Source: a virus (taxonomy: Duplodnaviria > Caudoviricetes). Taken from it: a stretch of DNA of 64,000 bases. Positions 41,336-52,118 of the stretch are shown here, in pieces. The notes below the pieces were generated by a model. It was not told the origin of the DNA, did not search any database, and saw nothing but the letters and a program-made list of their open reading frames with translations. The DNA lies in the IMG/VR virus record IMGVR_UViG_3300012665_000817, positions 25,340 to 89,339 of that record, one strand, 5' to 3'. Each line of letters opens with the position of its first letter. Position 1 is the first letter of the stretch. Made by a program: the position numbers and the translations under genes.

Positions 41336-41503
41336 TTACTCTTGAACAGGCTCTTGTATTCCAGAATTCTTCATACCTACATACGCATCTGCCCAATTAA
41401 CTGCGGCAGGAAGCGACTCCCAAGGGCCACTCTCGTCGATGATATTGTCACCGTAAAGAATCTGAACCTTAGGTCCATCTTCAAGAATTATGTATGAAAA
41501 CAT
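41336..41503 (-). CDS. 55-aa hypothetical protein (below track cut-off)
   Basis: AAGGAG SD. MFSYIILEDG...GPWES...NWADAY...QE* fills the gap. Confidence 0.65.
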   Translation of the reverse strand: MFSYIILEDGPKVQILYGDNIIDESGPWESLPAAVNWADAYVGMKNSGIQEPVQE

Positions 41504-41518
41504 TATATCTCCTTATTG

Positions 41519-42436
41519 TCATATCGAGTAAGCAATCTTCCCTGATGCACCTACCGCTAAGGCAAGAGAGTTATCTATATACACACCGTTAATATTAGTT
41601 GTATTAAAACTAGATGTTCTTTGTAGCCACGACACTCCGTCAAAAGATGTAGCTAACTTACCAGTAGCTCCTCCAGCAAGATATGTCCCCTCTGGGGATA
41701 CAGAAACAGATCTAATACTAGAAAGTCCAAAGGTGCTAACAGGAAAAACTTGAGTCCATGTATTTCCATTTAAAGAGTTTGCTACTTTCCCAGAATCTCC
41801 TACCGCAATAAACTTCCCACTGGTTGTCGCAGATACGGCATTAATAATAGAAGTACCAAAACTAGAAGTCCTTTGAGTCCAGTCAACTCCATTAGTAGAA
41901 GTTGCAAGTTTTCCATCATACCCTACTGCAGTTATTAAGCTTGGTGCTGCCCATACGCTGTTGATAAAAGAGGTACCAAAACTAGAAGTCCTTTGAGTCC
42001 AACTAATTCCGTCAATTGAAGTCGCTAGTTTTCCAGAGCCGCCAACAGCAACCCAGAGGGATGCCGACTGAGAATAAGAAATACCTAGAATAGTGCTTGC
42101 GCCAAAAGAAGAAGACCTTAGTGTCCAATTAATCCCGTCTGGGGACGTTGCTAATTTTCCAGAGCTACCACCGATTACATATAGATTATTTCCATAACTT
42201 ACTGCATATATATTGCTATCGAAAAAACCACTCGTCCTCTGTGTCCATGTTTGGGTGTCTGTAGATGTTGCTAATTTTCCAGAGTTGCCTACAGCAATAT
42301 AAAAACTGCTTGAAGGATTACGAATAATTGCATTAATGTTAGTCAAACTAAAAGAGGTATCTACAAGTTGAGTCCACGTTACAGGTGTATATGCTGAGAT
42401 CAGTGTGGCGTGAAAAGAGTGACTAGCAAATATCAT
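41519..42436 (-). CDS. 7-bladed beta-propeller (BNR/Ycf48-like) adhesin
   Basis: Seven W(T/L)Q R(T/S)S.F....I.....AVG.SGK(L/V)A.S repeats of about 41-43 aa. Confidence 0.8.
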   Translation of the reverse strand: MIFASHSFHATLISAYTPVTWTQLVDTSFSLTNINAIIRNPSSSFYIAVGNSGKLATSTDTQTWTQRTSGFFDSNIYAVSYGNNLYVIGGSSGKLATSPDGINWTLRSSSFGASTILGISYSQSASLWVAVGGSGKLATSIDGISWTQRTSSFGTSFINSVWAAPSLITAVGYDGKLATSTNGVDWTQRTSSFGTSIINAVSATTSGKFIAVGDSGKVANSLNGNTWTQVFPVSTFGLSSIRSVSVSPEGTYLAGGATGKLATSFDGVSWLQRTSSFNTTNINGVYIDNSLALAVGASGKIAYSI

Positions 42437-44313
42437 TATGCTGTCAAGTTTCCGCTAAGTAGCCACTCGTTGGTTGAGATTTTAATAAGGGAACCTACAG
42501 CATATCGAGCTTTTGTCGTAAAGCGAGATCCTTCTGTTCTAACAAAAACACCTGGAGATCCTTCTACTCTTACTTGACCAACACCAAGCTGAGTAAATAA
42601 AATCTGAGTTCCTACTGCAAATGTATATCCTCCAGCGCCATCCAATGGAACTGTGATTACTGTTACTGAGGAACTGTTCATTTTAACTATTGTTGATATA
42701 TCTGATGCACTTAAAGTAGTAGATGCTAAATATGTTCCTTGAGGGATGTTGTATGTTGCAGGTCCAGTAGCACCTGTTGGGCCTGTTACTGCAGGTCCTG
42801 TTGGTCCAGTAGCTCCTTGAGGCCCTGTTGGTCCTTCAACTGTGCTTGCTGGTCCTGTAGCACCAGTTGGTCCTGTTACAGACGGACCAGTTGCACCAGT
42901 TGGTCCAACAATCTGACCTACACTTGCCCAGTTAAGTCCGTTCCATACATACAAGAAACCATTGGCTGTAACTACATAAGCATCATTTAAAGAGTTACCA
43001 GATGCTGGAAGGTTTACTACCTGTGGAACGCTTCCTTTAACATTGATGGAAGTTCCTTGTGCACCTGTAGGACCTGTTGGTCCCACTTCTCCAGATCCAA
43101 GAACTAAGTTCCAAGAAGCATATGTGTTTCCATCTCCATTTATTTTATCTACTAACAATGTAATAGATAAGGAGTTAATTACAGTAATAACACCTTCCAT
43201 GAAGTTGCTTGGAACTGCGCTACTTGCTAAACGTGCTCTAGTTCCTACAGTAAAAGCGTCAACTTTATTCACAACGAAAGTTTTTATACCGCCAGTACTA
43301 ATACTTAGATTACTTGTAGAGGTAACACCAATATAGCTTGCACCTTGTGCACCAGTAGGTCCCGTTACAGATGGTCCTGTCGCACCTGTGGGACCAGTTG
43401 AACCTGTAGGTCCCGTTACATTGCTTGCCGCACCCGTTGCACCTGTAGGACCAGTAGGTCCTGGAATAGTTGAGGCTGCACCTGTAGGACCTGTAGATCC
43501 TGTTGCACCACGAAGACCAGTCTCACCTGTGGGTCCAGCTACACCTGTCGCACCAGTAGATCCTGTAGGCCCAGTTGGACCACCAGAAGGACCAGTTGGA
43601 CCTGAAGCTCCTGTAGGCCCTGTAACACTTGCACCAGTTGCACCTGTCGGGCCTTGTGCACCAGTTGCACCAACGAAACCTCTAGCACCTGTAGGTCCTG
43701 TTGGTCCCTGTGCACCAGTAGCACCTGTAGCACCTACTTCACCTTGTGAACCCGTAGCTCCAGTCACACCTTGTCCTTGAGGGCCTGTTACACCTCTTGG
43801 ACCTTCAATACCTTGAATTCCTTGCGGACCTGTTGGGCCAAGTCCACCTGTAGGTCCTACAACAGATATACCCTGTGGACCAGTTGCACCAGATACGCCT
43901 CTAGGACCAGTCGCACCTGTAGGTCCAGTTGCACCTGTAGGTCCAACTACTGTGCTTGCAGCTCCCGTAGGACCTGTTGCACCAGTTGGACCACCTAAAC
44001 CAATATTAGAAGAAGCAGACTCCACCCAGTAGCTATCGTAGTAAACATATATTTGACCAGTTTCAGCATTAAACCAAGCGTCTCCTACGCTTGGAGAAGC
44101 TGGAGGAGTTACTGCTGAAATACTAAAAGAACCACGGGCTCCCGTAGGTCCTGTAACTGTGCTTGGAGCTCCTTGTGGTCCAGTAGCACCAGTTGCACCT
44201 ACTACTGTTGAGACAACTAAGTTCCAAGCAGTTCCATCCCACTTCCAAGACTGAGCACCAGATGTAAAAATCTGATTCAGTGTTGGCGAATTAGGAAAAT
44301 CAATAGCTGGCAT
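42436..44313 (-). CDS. collagen-like fibre (625 aa)
   Basis: [15 protein letters not shown] start, G-X-T tracts and a C-terminal beta domain ending [16 protein letters not shown] overlap with the propeller gene. Confidence 0.85.
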   Translation of the reverse strand: MPAIDFPNSPTLNQIFTSGAQSWKWDGTAWNLVVSTVVGATGATGPQGAPSTVTGPTGARGSFSISAVTPPASPSVGDAWFNAETGQIYVYYDSYWVESASSNIGLGGPTGATGPTGAASTVVGPTGATGPTGATGPRGVSGATGPQGISVVGPTGGLGPTGPQGIQGIEGPRGVTGPQGQGVTGATGSQGEVGATGATGAQGPTGPTGARGFVGATGAQGPTGATGASVTGPTGASGPTGPSGGPTGPTGSTGATGVAGPTGETGLRGATGSTGPTGAASTIPGPTGPTGATGAASNVTGPTGSTGPTGATGPSVTGPTGAQGASYIGVTSTSNLSISTGGIKTFVVNKVDAFTVGTRARLASSAVPSNFMEGVITVINSLSITLLVDKINGDGNTYASWNLVLGSGEVGPTGPTGAQGTSINVKGSVPQVVNLPASGNSLNDAYVVTANGFLYVWNGLNWASVGQIVGPTGATGPSVTGPTGATGPASTVEGPTGPQGATGPTGPAVTGPTGATGPATYNIPQGTYLASTTLSASDISTIVKMNSSSVTVITVPLDGAGGYTFAVGTQILFTQLGVGQVRVEGSPGVFVRTEGSRFTTKARYAVGSLIKISTNEWLLSGNLTA

Positions 44314-44322
44314 TTTTTATAT
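44268..44322. repeat. 55-bp perfect direct repeat, copy 1
   Basis: aaatctgattcagtgttggcgaattaggaaaatcaatagctggcattttttatat, identical to 44986-45040. Confidence 0.9.
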
Positions 44323-44326
44323 TCTC

Positions 44327-45031
44327 CTAACTCAGTAACGATTCGTATGTAATTTGAATAAGAATTTTATCGTTGGAGTTAAAAAGAAACGGAGTATCTT
44401 GAGTTACAGCAACACCTTCAACAAAAATAGATGACTGTGAGTGCATATATAGCTCTACACGATCTGTTACTCCACCATTAAATATTGCAGTTCCAAAATA
44501 ATTAGTTCCCGGTCCTTCGTCACGCATAACTACCTGTCCTACTGGTTGGAAGTTTTCAATGACTCCTGGAGTAGGTAGAGATACGGAGTAAGTTCCAGAA
44601 CCACGGCTAAACCCAGTAGTACCAGCAATAATACGAATTTCTCCAACAATTGTTGCACCAATATTTACATATCTTCCAGTAATACTTCCATTACCAAGAT
44701 TAGGGTTAGTAACACTACCTCTTAAAATAGGCGTGTATGTTGTCCACGGAGTAATTGAAAAGCTACCAGTTGCTCCAGTTGCACCAGTAGGACCGGGTAC
44801 AGTTGAACCTGGACCAGTTGGTCCAGTAACACCTAATAGACCCTGTGGACCTGTAGGACCAGTTGCACCAATAGCAGTTGAGTCGCTACCAGCAGGTCCC
44901 GTTGGACCTGTTGGGCCTTGAGCACTAGTACGAACTAAACGCCAAGCGGTTCCATTCCATTTATATGTTTGGATGCCGTTTGTGTAAATCTGATTCAGTG
45001 TTGGCGAATTAGGAAAATCAATAGCTGGCAT
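44327..45031 (-). CDS. short collagen-like fibre with receptor-binding-head-like C-terminus (234 aa)
   Basis: Same N-terminal 15 aa as 42436-44313. Short G-X-T tract and a W.TYTP...GRY..IG...SLP head domain. Confidence 0.8.
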   Translation of the reverse strand: MPAIDFPNSPTLNQIYTNGIQTYKWNGTAWRLVRTSAQGPTGPTGPAGSDSTAIGATGPTGPQGLLGVTGPTGPGSTVPGPTGATGATGSFSITPWTTYTPILRGSVTNPNLGNGSITGRYVNIGATIVGEIRIIAGTTGFSRGSGTYSVSLPTPGVIENFQPVGQVVMRDEGPGTNYFGTAIFNGGVTDRVELYMHSQSSIFVEGVAVTQDTPFLFNSNDKILIQITYESLLS

Positions 45032-45040
45032 TTTTTATAT
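44986..45040. repeat. 55-bp perfect direct repeat, copy 2
   Basis: Identical to 44268-44322, offset by 718 bp. Confidence 0.9.
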
Positions 45041-45047
45041 CCTCTCC

Positions 45048-48000
45048 TTAGACAGCATTCGCAATGAAGGAGCCATTAATATAGATGGCAGAAGCTGATG
45101 ATAGTGTAACTGGTGCAGCACCTGTTAGTGCAGTTCGTACACCATTTGTTCCCATATAGAACAGGTCAATAAATGCTGATCCAGACGCATTATTAGCTAC
45201 GATATTGTAGCTAGCACCAGAGAAGTTTCCAGCAACATCGACAATTCCAGTGTATACATAAGAGAAACCAGTTAGAGGAATAAATGGAAGTGTCAATCTA
45301 TATTGACCAGTACCTACTGCAACAACGTTTGAGAAGTCAATCTTGATATTGAAGATTACATGATCTCCATAACGTACATATCTTCCAGATGTAGGTGTTC
45401 CAACAAAATTTAACCCTGTTCCAGACCATACTGGTGTGTATGTTGTAGTTGCAGGTTCTCCTACAGGTCCTTGAACACCAGTAGGACCAGTTGGTCCAAT
45501 CTTATCTACAATATCTATAACTCCACCGATAGCAAGATCTGTAACATCTTGATAAATAATCTGGCTAGGAGCATTTAGAGGCACGTCGTAAACAATGACT
45601 TTGTCTGGGCTGGATGTGTTACGACCAGCTGTTGTACTGTTGTTGCTTGTGCCTGAAACATTTGAGGTAGATCCAGAACTTATTCGAAGTGCGAAAGAGT
45701 TAGTGACCAAAACATTAGTAACATCAAAGTACATTCTTTCACCACGAACTGCGGTGAGTGTTGGGTTATCTCCAAGTAGACCAGAGACAGTAAACGCACC
45801 ATTATCGCCTGTAGAAGTAATGTAATAAGTTACACCACCTCTAGGACCAGTGGGACCTGTTCCACCAGTAGGTCCTGTAACAGTTGATGCCGCACCAGTT
45901 GGGCCAGTCGGACCTGTAACGCTAGGACCAGTTGGACCAGTAGGTCCTACTTCAGTAGACGCAGCTCCAGTAGGACCTGTAGGTCCAGTAACTGAAGGAC
46001 CTGTAGGTCCTGTAGGGCCAGGAACAGTTGATGCCGCACCAGTTGGACCCTTTGGACCAATCAATGCGCCAGCTTCAATCCAACCATTTGTGGCTGTGTA
46101 AATATAGATCGTGTCTTCAGCGTAAATTACATAGAAGTCACCAACAGAACCTGTAGTTGATCCAGCTCCTGCCGCGAACTCTGCATATGTGTTGTAGTAA
46201 CCCTTAGCTTGCGAGCCCACTCCTTGAGGTCCAGTTGGACCTGTAACGATAGGACCCGTTGCACCAGTAGATCCTGTAGGCCCAGTTGGTCCAGTTATAG
46301 ATGCACCAGTTGGTCCAGTTACACCTTGACCTCCTTGAGGTCCAGTTGGACCTGTTGCTCCACCAAACTCAGAAGTTCCTACTTCAACCCAATAGTTATC
46401 GTAGTAAAGATATACAGCGCCAGTTTCAGTTTCAAACCAAGTATCTCCCGGAGTTGCTCCACTAGGTGGTGTTGAAAATGCTGGTACAAACTCTCCCTGC
46501 ATACCAGTAGGTCCTGTGGCACCAGTAGGTCCTGTTGGACCAGTAGGTCCAGTAACACCAGTTGGTCCAGTAACAGTCGATGGTGCACCAGTAGCGCCTG
46601 TGGCTCCTGTTGGTCCTGTAGGACCTGTAAAACCTAAGAAACCTTGAATACCTTGTGGGCCAGTTGGTCCAGTTATAGATGCACCAGTTGCACCTGTTGG
46701 TCCAGTGATACCTCTATACCCTGTAGGGCCAGTTGCACCTGTTGGACCTGTAACAGTTGATGCCGCACCAGTTGGTCCTGTTGCACCTGTTGCACCAGTT
46801 GGTCCTACAGGAGCTGCCCCTGTCTCAATCCAATATGAATCATAGTAAACATAAGTTTTTCCATTAGCAGTGTTGAACCAAGCATCACCTGCATCTGGAC
46901 TTGCTGGTGGAGTGTCAGAAACAATTGCAAAGTTACCAAGCTCGCCTGTTGCACCTGTTGGGCCAGTAGCACCAGTAGCACCAGTAACTGAGGTTCCTTG
47001 TGGACCAGTAGGTCCTTGAATATTTCCTACGTTTACCCAAGTAGAAGATGATGCTGACCAAACATAAAGAGAGCCAGATACAAGATAACCATCTCCAGGA
47101 TTTCCTGTTGGATGTGCGGCTTGTAGTTCACCAAGAGTTGCATACGAACCAAGAATTGTTACACCAGTACCTGAAGCACCAGTTGGTCCAGTTATAGACA
47201 TACCTGTCGCACCAGTAGCACCAGTAGCACCAGTAGCACCAGTAATACCTTGAATACCTGTATTTCCAGTTGGTCCAGTTACACCTGTCGCACCAGTAGC
47301 ACCTGTCGCACCTTGAATACCTTGTGCACCTGTTGGACCAGTAGCTCCAGTTATACCTTGAATACCTTGTGCACCAGTAGCACCAGTTGCACCCGTGATG
47401 CTATTGCCTTGTGCACCTGTTGCACCTGTAGGACCAGTAGGTCCTGCAACACCTGTTGCACCTGTAACGCTGTCACCTTGTGCACCTGTTGCACCTGTAG
47501 CACCTGTTGGTCCAGTTACTGTTGAAGGCGCACCCGTTGCACCTGTTGGTCCTGTTGGTCCAGTTAATCCTGGACCTGTTGGTCCTTGTGGACCAGTCGC
47601 ACCAGCACCTGTTGGTCCTGTAGGACCTGTTGGTCCAACCACATTTGAGTCAGCACCTGTTGCGCCAACTGGACCCGTTGGGCCAGTAGCACCTGTAGGA
47701 CCAGCAACTGTAGACGCAGCGCCTGTAGGACCTGTTACTGCTGGGCCTGTTGCACCAGTTGCACCAGTTGCACCAGTTGGTCCAGTTACACCTTGAATAC
47801 CTTGAGGACCAACATCACCAGTTCTTGCAAAGGTGATGATAATGTCTTCATTATCTGAGAATGATGTTGCAAGACCGCTTACATAAGAAACTGGAACTGT
47901 GAAGTATCCACTGTTTTCTGTAATCGAATTTGTAATAGCAAATAATGCAAAGTCAGAAGAGTTTGTTTTATTGCTAATTCGGAAGTGACCCTTGATTGGG

Positions 48001-49772
48001 CTTGTTGAATCATCAATAGTACGAAGGAACTGTTGTACGTCAATTGCACCATCAGTCTCGTCATCAATAAATAAGTTTGTTGCAAGTTGAAGATCTAAAT
48101 TATTAAAACGAAGCTTTCCAGATCCTGGATCTGTTTCTGTAGCATTAGCTGTAAATGTGTAGTCAAAGCTTGCGCCACCAAAATTACCGATTGGTCCTGT
48201 TGCACCTGTTGCACCTGTTGGGCCAGCTACGCCAGTAGGACCTGTAGGACCAGCAACATTGCTTGCAGCACCAGTTGCACCTGTTGGTCCAGTATTTCCT
48301 GTATCACCCTTGACACCCTGAGCACCAGTAGCACCTGTAGCGCCTGTAGCACCAGCACCTGTTGCACCTGTTGCACCTGTCGCACCTGTAGGGCCAGCTA
48401 CACCTGTTGCACCTGTAGGGCCAGCATTACCTGTAGGTCCAATTCCACCAGTTGCACCAGTTGCACCTACTGGACCAGCGACTGTGCTTGCCGCACCTGT
48501 AGCACCAGTTGGACCTGCAGCACCAGTAGCACCTGTAGCGCCAACATCTCCTGTGTCACCCTTAACGCCTTGTGCACCTGTAGGACCTGCAACACCAGTT
48601 GCACCTGTCGCACCCGTTGCACCAGCGCTTCCAGTTGCACCAGTTGCACCTGTTGCACCAACAGCACCTGTTGGACCTGTAACTTGAGAAGGTGCACCAG
48701 TAGCACCTGTCGCACCCGTTGCACCAGTTGCACCAGTTGCACCTGTCGGGCCTTGTGCACCAACATCACCTGTGCGAGCAAAAGTAATGATGATGTCATC
48801 ATTTGCACTAAAGCTATCTGCTAAACCAGATACATATGCACAATTGACTTTAAAATAACCAGTATCTTCTGTAACAGAAGTGATTGTAAATAAACCAAAA
48901 TAGTTTGCATCAGACTTACGAGCGATGCGGAAGTGTCCCTTTAGTGTGCTTGTTGAGTCATCAATTGTGCGTAAGAAAGATTGGAGATCGATTGCTCCAT
49001 CTGCTTCATCATCGATGAACATGTATGTAGCAGCTGAAAGACTTGCATTGTTAAATTTAAGTTTTCCAGATCCTGGATCAGAGTCTGTTGTGTTGGTAGC
49101 AAAGGTATAGTCAAATGTTGCTCCACCAAAACTACCTGCTGGACCAGTTGCACCAGTTGGGCCTGTTACGGTAGAAGCTGCACCCGTCGCACCTGTTGCA
49201 CCAGTTGGGCCAACTGCACCAGTGGGACCTGTTACTGTGCTTGCAGCTCCTGTTGCACCAGTTGCGCCTGTAGGACCAGTTACGCCGGGACCAGTTGCAC
49301 CAGTTGCACCTGTAGGTCCCGTACTTCCAGTTGGCCCACCTGCAGGTCCCGCTGGTCCTGTTGGGCCTTGTGGTCCTTGAGATCCAGCCAATCCACGAGG
49401 GATATCTGTTCCTAAAGGAGATGTAGTTACAGGCTCAACCGTGTCAAGTTTTGTAATATCTACACTTGATGCGTTCCCTACTGGTAAATAAAATCTAAAA
49501 GAATATGGGCGAGCGCCACGAATACGAACTGTTGCGGTGTAATACCAACCGCGAGGACTTAAATCTAAATCATCTGTACATGGAAGACTAACTGTAAACT
49601 GACCAGTAGCGTTAAGTGTTACAGTAATTGGAGTAGAAAGAATTGTTGCATTATTTGCATCTTCAATACGACTAGATGGCGTAAATGTAACTGTTCCAGA
49701 TGCAGCCAGACCAGAGCTCTTTAGGTATTGCCCAAAGACCGTCCTTACGCTGACATCATTAGAATAGGGCAT
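45048..49772 (-). CDS. very long collagen-like fibre (1574 aa)
   Basis: N-terminal actinophage fibre-anchor-like domain (GTVTFTP...L...G.F.V.LP.TDD...P.GW.Y). Multiple G-X-T tracts are separated by globular inserts, including a duplicated domain of about 125 aa. Confidence 0.85.
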   Translation of the reverse strand: MPYSNDVSVRTVFGQYLKSSGLAASGTVTFTPSSRIEDANNATILSTPITVTLNATGQFTVSLPCTDDLDLSPRGWYYTATVRIRGARPYSFRFYLPVGNASSVDITKLDTVEPVTTSPLGTDIPRGLAGSQGPQGPTGPAGPAGGPTGSTGPTGATGATGPGVTGPTGATGATGAASTVTGPTGAVGPTGATGATGAASTVTGPTGATGPAGSFGGATFDYTFATNTTDSDPGSGKLKFNNASLSAATYMFIDDEADGAIDLQSFLRTIDDSTSTLKGHFRIARKSDANYFGLFTITSVTEDTGYFKVNCAYVSGLADSFSANDDIIITFARTGDVGAQGPTGATGATGATGATGATGAPSQVTGPTGAVGATGATGATGSAGATGATGATGVAGPTGAQGVKGDTGDVGATGATGAAGPTGATGAASTVAGPVGATGATGGIGPTGNAGPTGATGVAGPTGATGATGATGAGATGATGATGAQGVKGDTGNTGPTGATGAASNVAGPTGPTGVAGPTGATGATGPIGNFGGASFDYTFTANATETDPGSGKLRFNNLDLQLATNLFIDDETDGAIDVQQFLRTIDDSTSPIKGHFRISNKTNSSDFALFAITNSITENSGYFTVPVSYVSGLATSFSDNEDIIITFARTGDVGPQGIQGVTGPTGATGATGATGPAVTGPTGAASTVAGPTGATGPTGPVGATGADSNVVGPTGPTGPTGAGATGPQGPTGPGLTGPTGPTGATGAPSTVTGPTGATGATGAQGDSVTGATGVAGPTGPTGATGAQGNSITGATGATGAQGIQGITGATGPTGAQGIQGATGATGATGVTGPTGNTGIQGITGATGATGATGATGMSITGPTGASGTGVTILGSYATLGELQAAHPTGNPGDGYLVSGSLYVWSASSSTWVNVGNIQGPTGPQGTSVTGATGATGPTGATGELGNFAIVSDTPPASPDAGDAWFNTANGKTYVYYDSYWIETGAAPVGPTGATGATGPTGAASTVTGPTGATGPTGYRGITGPTGATGASITGPTGPQGIQGFLGFTGPTGPTGATGATGAPSTVTGPTGVTGPTGPTGPTGATGPTGMQGEFVPAFSTPPSGATPGDTWFETETGAVYLYYDNYWVEVGTSEFGGATGPTGPQGGQGVTGPTGASITGPTGPTGSTGATGPIVTGPTGPQGVGSQAKGYYNTYAEFAAGAGSTTGSVGDFYVIYAEDTIYIYTATNGWIEAGALIGPKGPTGAASTVPGPTGPTGPSVTGPTGPTGAASTEVGPTGPTGPSVTGPTGPTGAASTVTGPTGGTGPTGPRGGVTYYITSTGDNGAFTVSGLLGDNPTLTAVRGERMYFDVTNVLVTNSFALRISSGSTSNVSGTSNNSTTAGRNTSSPDKVIVYDVPLNAPSQIIYQDVTDLAIGGVIDIVDKIGPTGPTGVQGPVGEPATTTYTPVWSGTGLNFVGTPTSGRYVRYGDHVIFNIKIDFSNVVAVGTGQYRLTLPFIPLTGFSYVYTGIVDVAGNFSGASYNIVANNASGSAFIDLFYMGTNGVRTALTGAAPVTLSSASAIYINGSFIANAV

Positions 49773-49843
49773 ATTTGGCGCTCCATGTCATCAAAACTTG
49801 AATAAAAAGGTGCACTGGTAACACCTATTTGGACCAAGTCTTA

Positions 49844-49853
49844 TTTTACGGTA
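49844..49853 (-). promoter_or_regulatory. TACCGTAAAA motif upstream of the fibre operon
   Basis: An identical 10-mer lies at 51513-51522. Both are intergenic, on the - strand and upstream of a start codon. Confidence 0.4.
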
Positions 49854-49885
49854 GTTTCAAAACATTGACCTTTAGAATACCGTAT

Positions 49886-51139
49886 CTAGGCTCGGTAGGT
49901 ACGGATAATACTAAGGTCTTTTCTTGGGTCGTGATTCTCTCCAATAACCATTGTAAGTAATCCTGGATGCGAATCCAGACCCTTTTTATCTCTAAACCAG
50001 TTAGATCCTCCGTCTAAAGTTGGAGCTTGGACCCAAAAGCGTTGTCCAATGTCCATAGCACGGTAGTGGTGGAAGTGACCAGAAACCCAAACGTCGCATT
50101 GGCCTAGATCAGTCATACCTAAAGATTGACCTTCTAGATATTTAATCGGGTTAACTCCGCCCATCTGATGACCGTGGAATAGTCCAAGCATTACACCGTT
50201 GATGTTGATAGATAGATTCTGATTTCCCTTAGCAGGGTATCTAAATTTGACGTGAGAAAGACTATCTACCTCGGCGCAGATGTCCTGAACAGCGCTAGCA
50301 ATTTCGGTGTTCCATCCATCTGCTGGATCTGCTGCTACCTGACGAGTAGATTCGTCATGGTTTCCATTTACAACTGGAACAATGAGCTCTTCGCAAAGGG
50401 GGGCAAAAGCCTTAATCTGAGCTAAAAGGACTCTTCGTGCAACTCGTACCTGTTCTGTAATACCTAGGTCAGATGCCGCTTGGCCTTGAAGTCTTCCGTT
50501 CTGGGATACATTTCCTTCAACATGATCGCCTGGCAAAGCAAGAACAATAGTCCCGATGGCTCTACCAATTTTCCGTAAATCTTTAAGTCTTTGAACTGCT
50601 TCTGATGTTGTATCTAAAATTCTTTGGACAATGTCATCTGTACCAGAGTCCCCTACTTTTTTACCAATCTGCTGGTCACTAACAACCACAAGGTAAGCAA
50701 GAGGGCCAGTAATAGACTCAGTAGGCTTCTGCGGCTTCCACTTAGATATCTCTTTACAGATAGCCTCTACATCTGCTTTATCCTCTGCTAGAGCAGCAAG
50801 TGGGACAAGCTTGAGTCGCTTTGATTCTAGAAGCTCTCCATCATATCTTTGCCACCTAGACATACCAAGATTGGTTACATGCCACTCATCTGGGTTAAGA
50901 CCAAACTCGATGAGGAGGTCTCTAGCCTCTGGCATGTTATTTACTGGCTTTGCAGTAGAAGTCAAAACTCCACCTTCTGGAGTTAGCTCTAAATTAGGAG
51001 TCCAATTCTCGGGAGTCTTCGTTATTCTTCTATCAGATCCAACTACTCCGGGACTCACAAGGTCAACTAGTTTTTGAGTTAAAGAAGCTTTAGATTCTTC
51101 TGTCGAATCTATTTTAGGGCTATCTTTTTTCTGAGTCAT
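49886..51139 (-). CDS. calcineurin-like metallophosphoesterase
   Basis: SDQQIG, GDHVEG, GNHDE, FHGH and GHFHH metal-ligand motifs. Confidence 0.9.
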   Translation of the reverse strand: MTQKKDSPKIDSTEESKASLTQKLVDLVSPGVVGSDRRITKTPENWTPNLELTPEGGVLTSTAKPVNNMPEARDLLIEFGLNPDEWHVTNLGMSRWQRYDGELLESKRLKLVPLAALAEDKADVEAICKEISKWKPQKPTESITGPLAYLVVVSDQQIGKKVGDSGTDDIVQRILDTTSEAVQRLKDLRKIGRAIGTIVLALPGDHVEGNVSQNGRLQGQAASDLGITEQVRVARRVLLAQIKAFAPLCEELIVPVVNGNHDESTRQVAADPADGWNTEIASAVQDICAEVDSLSHVKFRYPAKGNQNLSININGVMLGLFHGHQMGGVNPIKYLEGQSLGMTDLGQCDVWVSGHFHHYRAMDIGQRFWVQAPTLDGGSNWFRDKKGLDSHPGLLTMVIGENHDPRKDLSIIRTYRA

Positions 51140-51426
51140 TTTTTATCCTTAGCCGCTGCTGCTCTTTGGGCGTCTCGACTGACATAGCAACGACACCTTT
51201 GGGCTCTATGAAGTCTTATAGAGGCAAAAGCTACGTTATATCCCTCGCTTAAAAACAGCTCGTGTAGCTGAACATTTGAGATGGTCCCACTGACCGACTT
51301 AGTAGAAAAGACAATCTCCAAAGCCTTTCTATCTTCCTCATTCAGAGTTGTCATAAGCTTTGCCACACCGCAAGGGAGGCCTGGAGTTGATCTAGTTGCT
51401 TCTTTTAACTTATCTGCCAGACTCAC
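51136..51426 (-). CDS. small Cys/His (Zn-binding, HTH-like) protein
   Basis: PCGVAKL...IRLHRAQRCRC, with an ATGA overlap to the phosphoesterase. Confidence 0.7.
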   Translation of the reverse strand: MSLADKLKEATRSTPGLPCGVAKLMTTLNEEDRKALEIVFSTKSVSGTISNVQLHELFLSEGYNVAFASIRLHRAQRCRCYVSRDAQRAAAAKDKK

Positions 51427-51512
51427 AATATCTCTCCTATAAAGTAGGTTTGTACTAACCCTAAAGTAGAACTTAACTTGACAGGTTAGATAACAGAGAA
51501 CATTACCATTAC

Positions 51513-51522
51513 TTTTACGGTA
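51513..51522 (-). promoter_or_regulatory. TACCGTAAAA motif, second copy
   Basis: Same 10-mer as 49844-49853. A CGACACGCC (GACAC) element lies about 19 bp upstream on the - strand. Confidence 0.4.
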
Positions 51523-51585
51523 TGGCTATATTGAGTTTCTGGCGTGTCGCACTTAAAATAAAAGTGCTTTAAAAATCTATTATTT

Positions 51586-51912
51586 CTACTCTACAATATT
51601 TAAATTTGCTTTACGAGCCTTTTTTGGCTTAGGTTCAACCATTGCTAAAAGCAATCCTTCAATAACACCCATCTTGGCATTCATTTCTGTCTGACACTTC
51701 TGTACGTCATTTACCTGATCTTTTAGCGACCCTCCACCATTTTCCCAAAGTTGGTGTTCTACTCTGGACATACGCTCAGAAAGGGTTTTTCCCTGTGCAT
51801 CTACTCCAATTGCTTGGTCTACCCTTTTAGCAATTTTATACATGCTGAACATGAAAGCGCCTACGGCTGTGATAGTACCGATAACTAACATAATCGTAGT
51901 GAGCACAGACAT
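51586..51912 (-). CDS. membrane protein, lysis-cassette-like (NGG.SLKD motif)
   Basis: N-terminal TM helix followed by a coiled coil with LWENGGGSLKDQV. The start could be ATG 51912 or TTG 51939. Confidence 0.65.
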   Translation of the reverse strand: MSVLTTIMLVIGTITAVGAFMFSMYKIAKRVDQAIGVDAQGKTLSERMSRVEHQLWENGGGSLKDQVNDVQKCQTEMNAKMGVIEGLLLAMVEPKPKKARKANLNIVE

Positions 51913-52058
51913 ATCAGACACGGAAGATCTCCAGACCAATTTAGACTATATAGAGATATATAGTGAATATAGTATAACTGCTTTTGAGCATATATAGACT
52001 CTAGGATGCCTATGTTGTATAGTTAGCTCTACGCCAAAAAATACTAGAACTTGGGTGC

Positions 52059-52087
52059 TTTACCTATTGCGGTTCTATTGATAAGGT
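52059..52087 (+). promoter_or_regulatory. possible SigA-type promoter for primase
   Basis: TTTACC-17 bp-TAAGGT, followed by a GGGAGAGGA SD. Confidence 0.35.
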
Positions 52088-52118
52088 GCCGCCATAGACA
52101 TAGGGAGAGGATTCATCA

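Noticed and set aside
41853-42001. 29-bp exact repeat at 120-bp spacing in the propeller gene as a DGR template/variable pair
   Set aside because: There are no adenine-specific mismatches and no reverse transcriptase in the window. It is explained by blade duplication.
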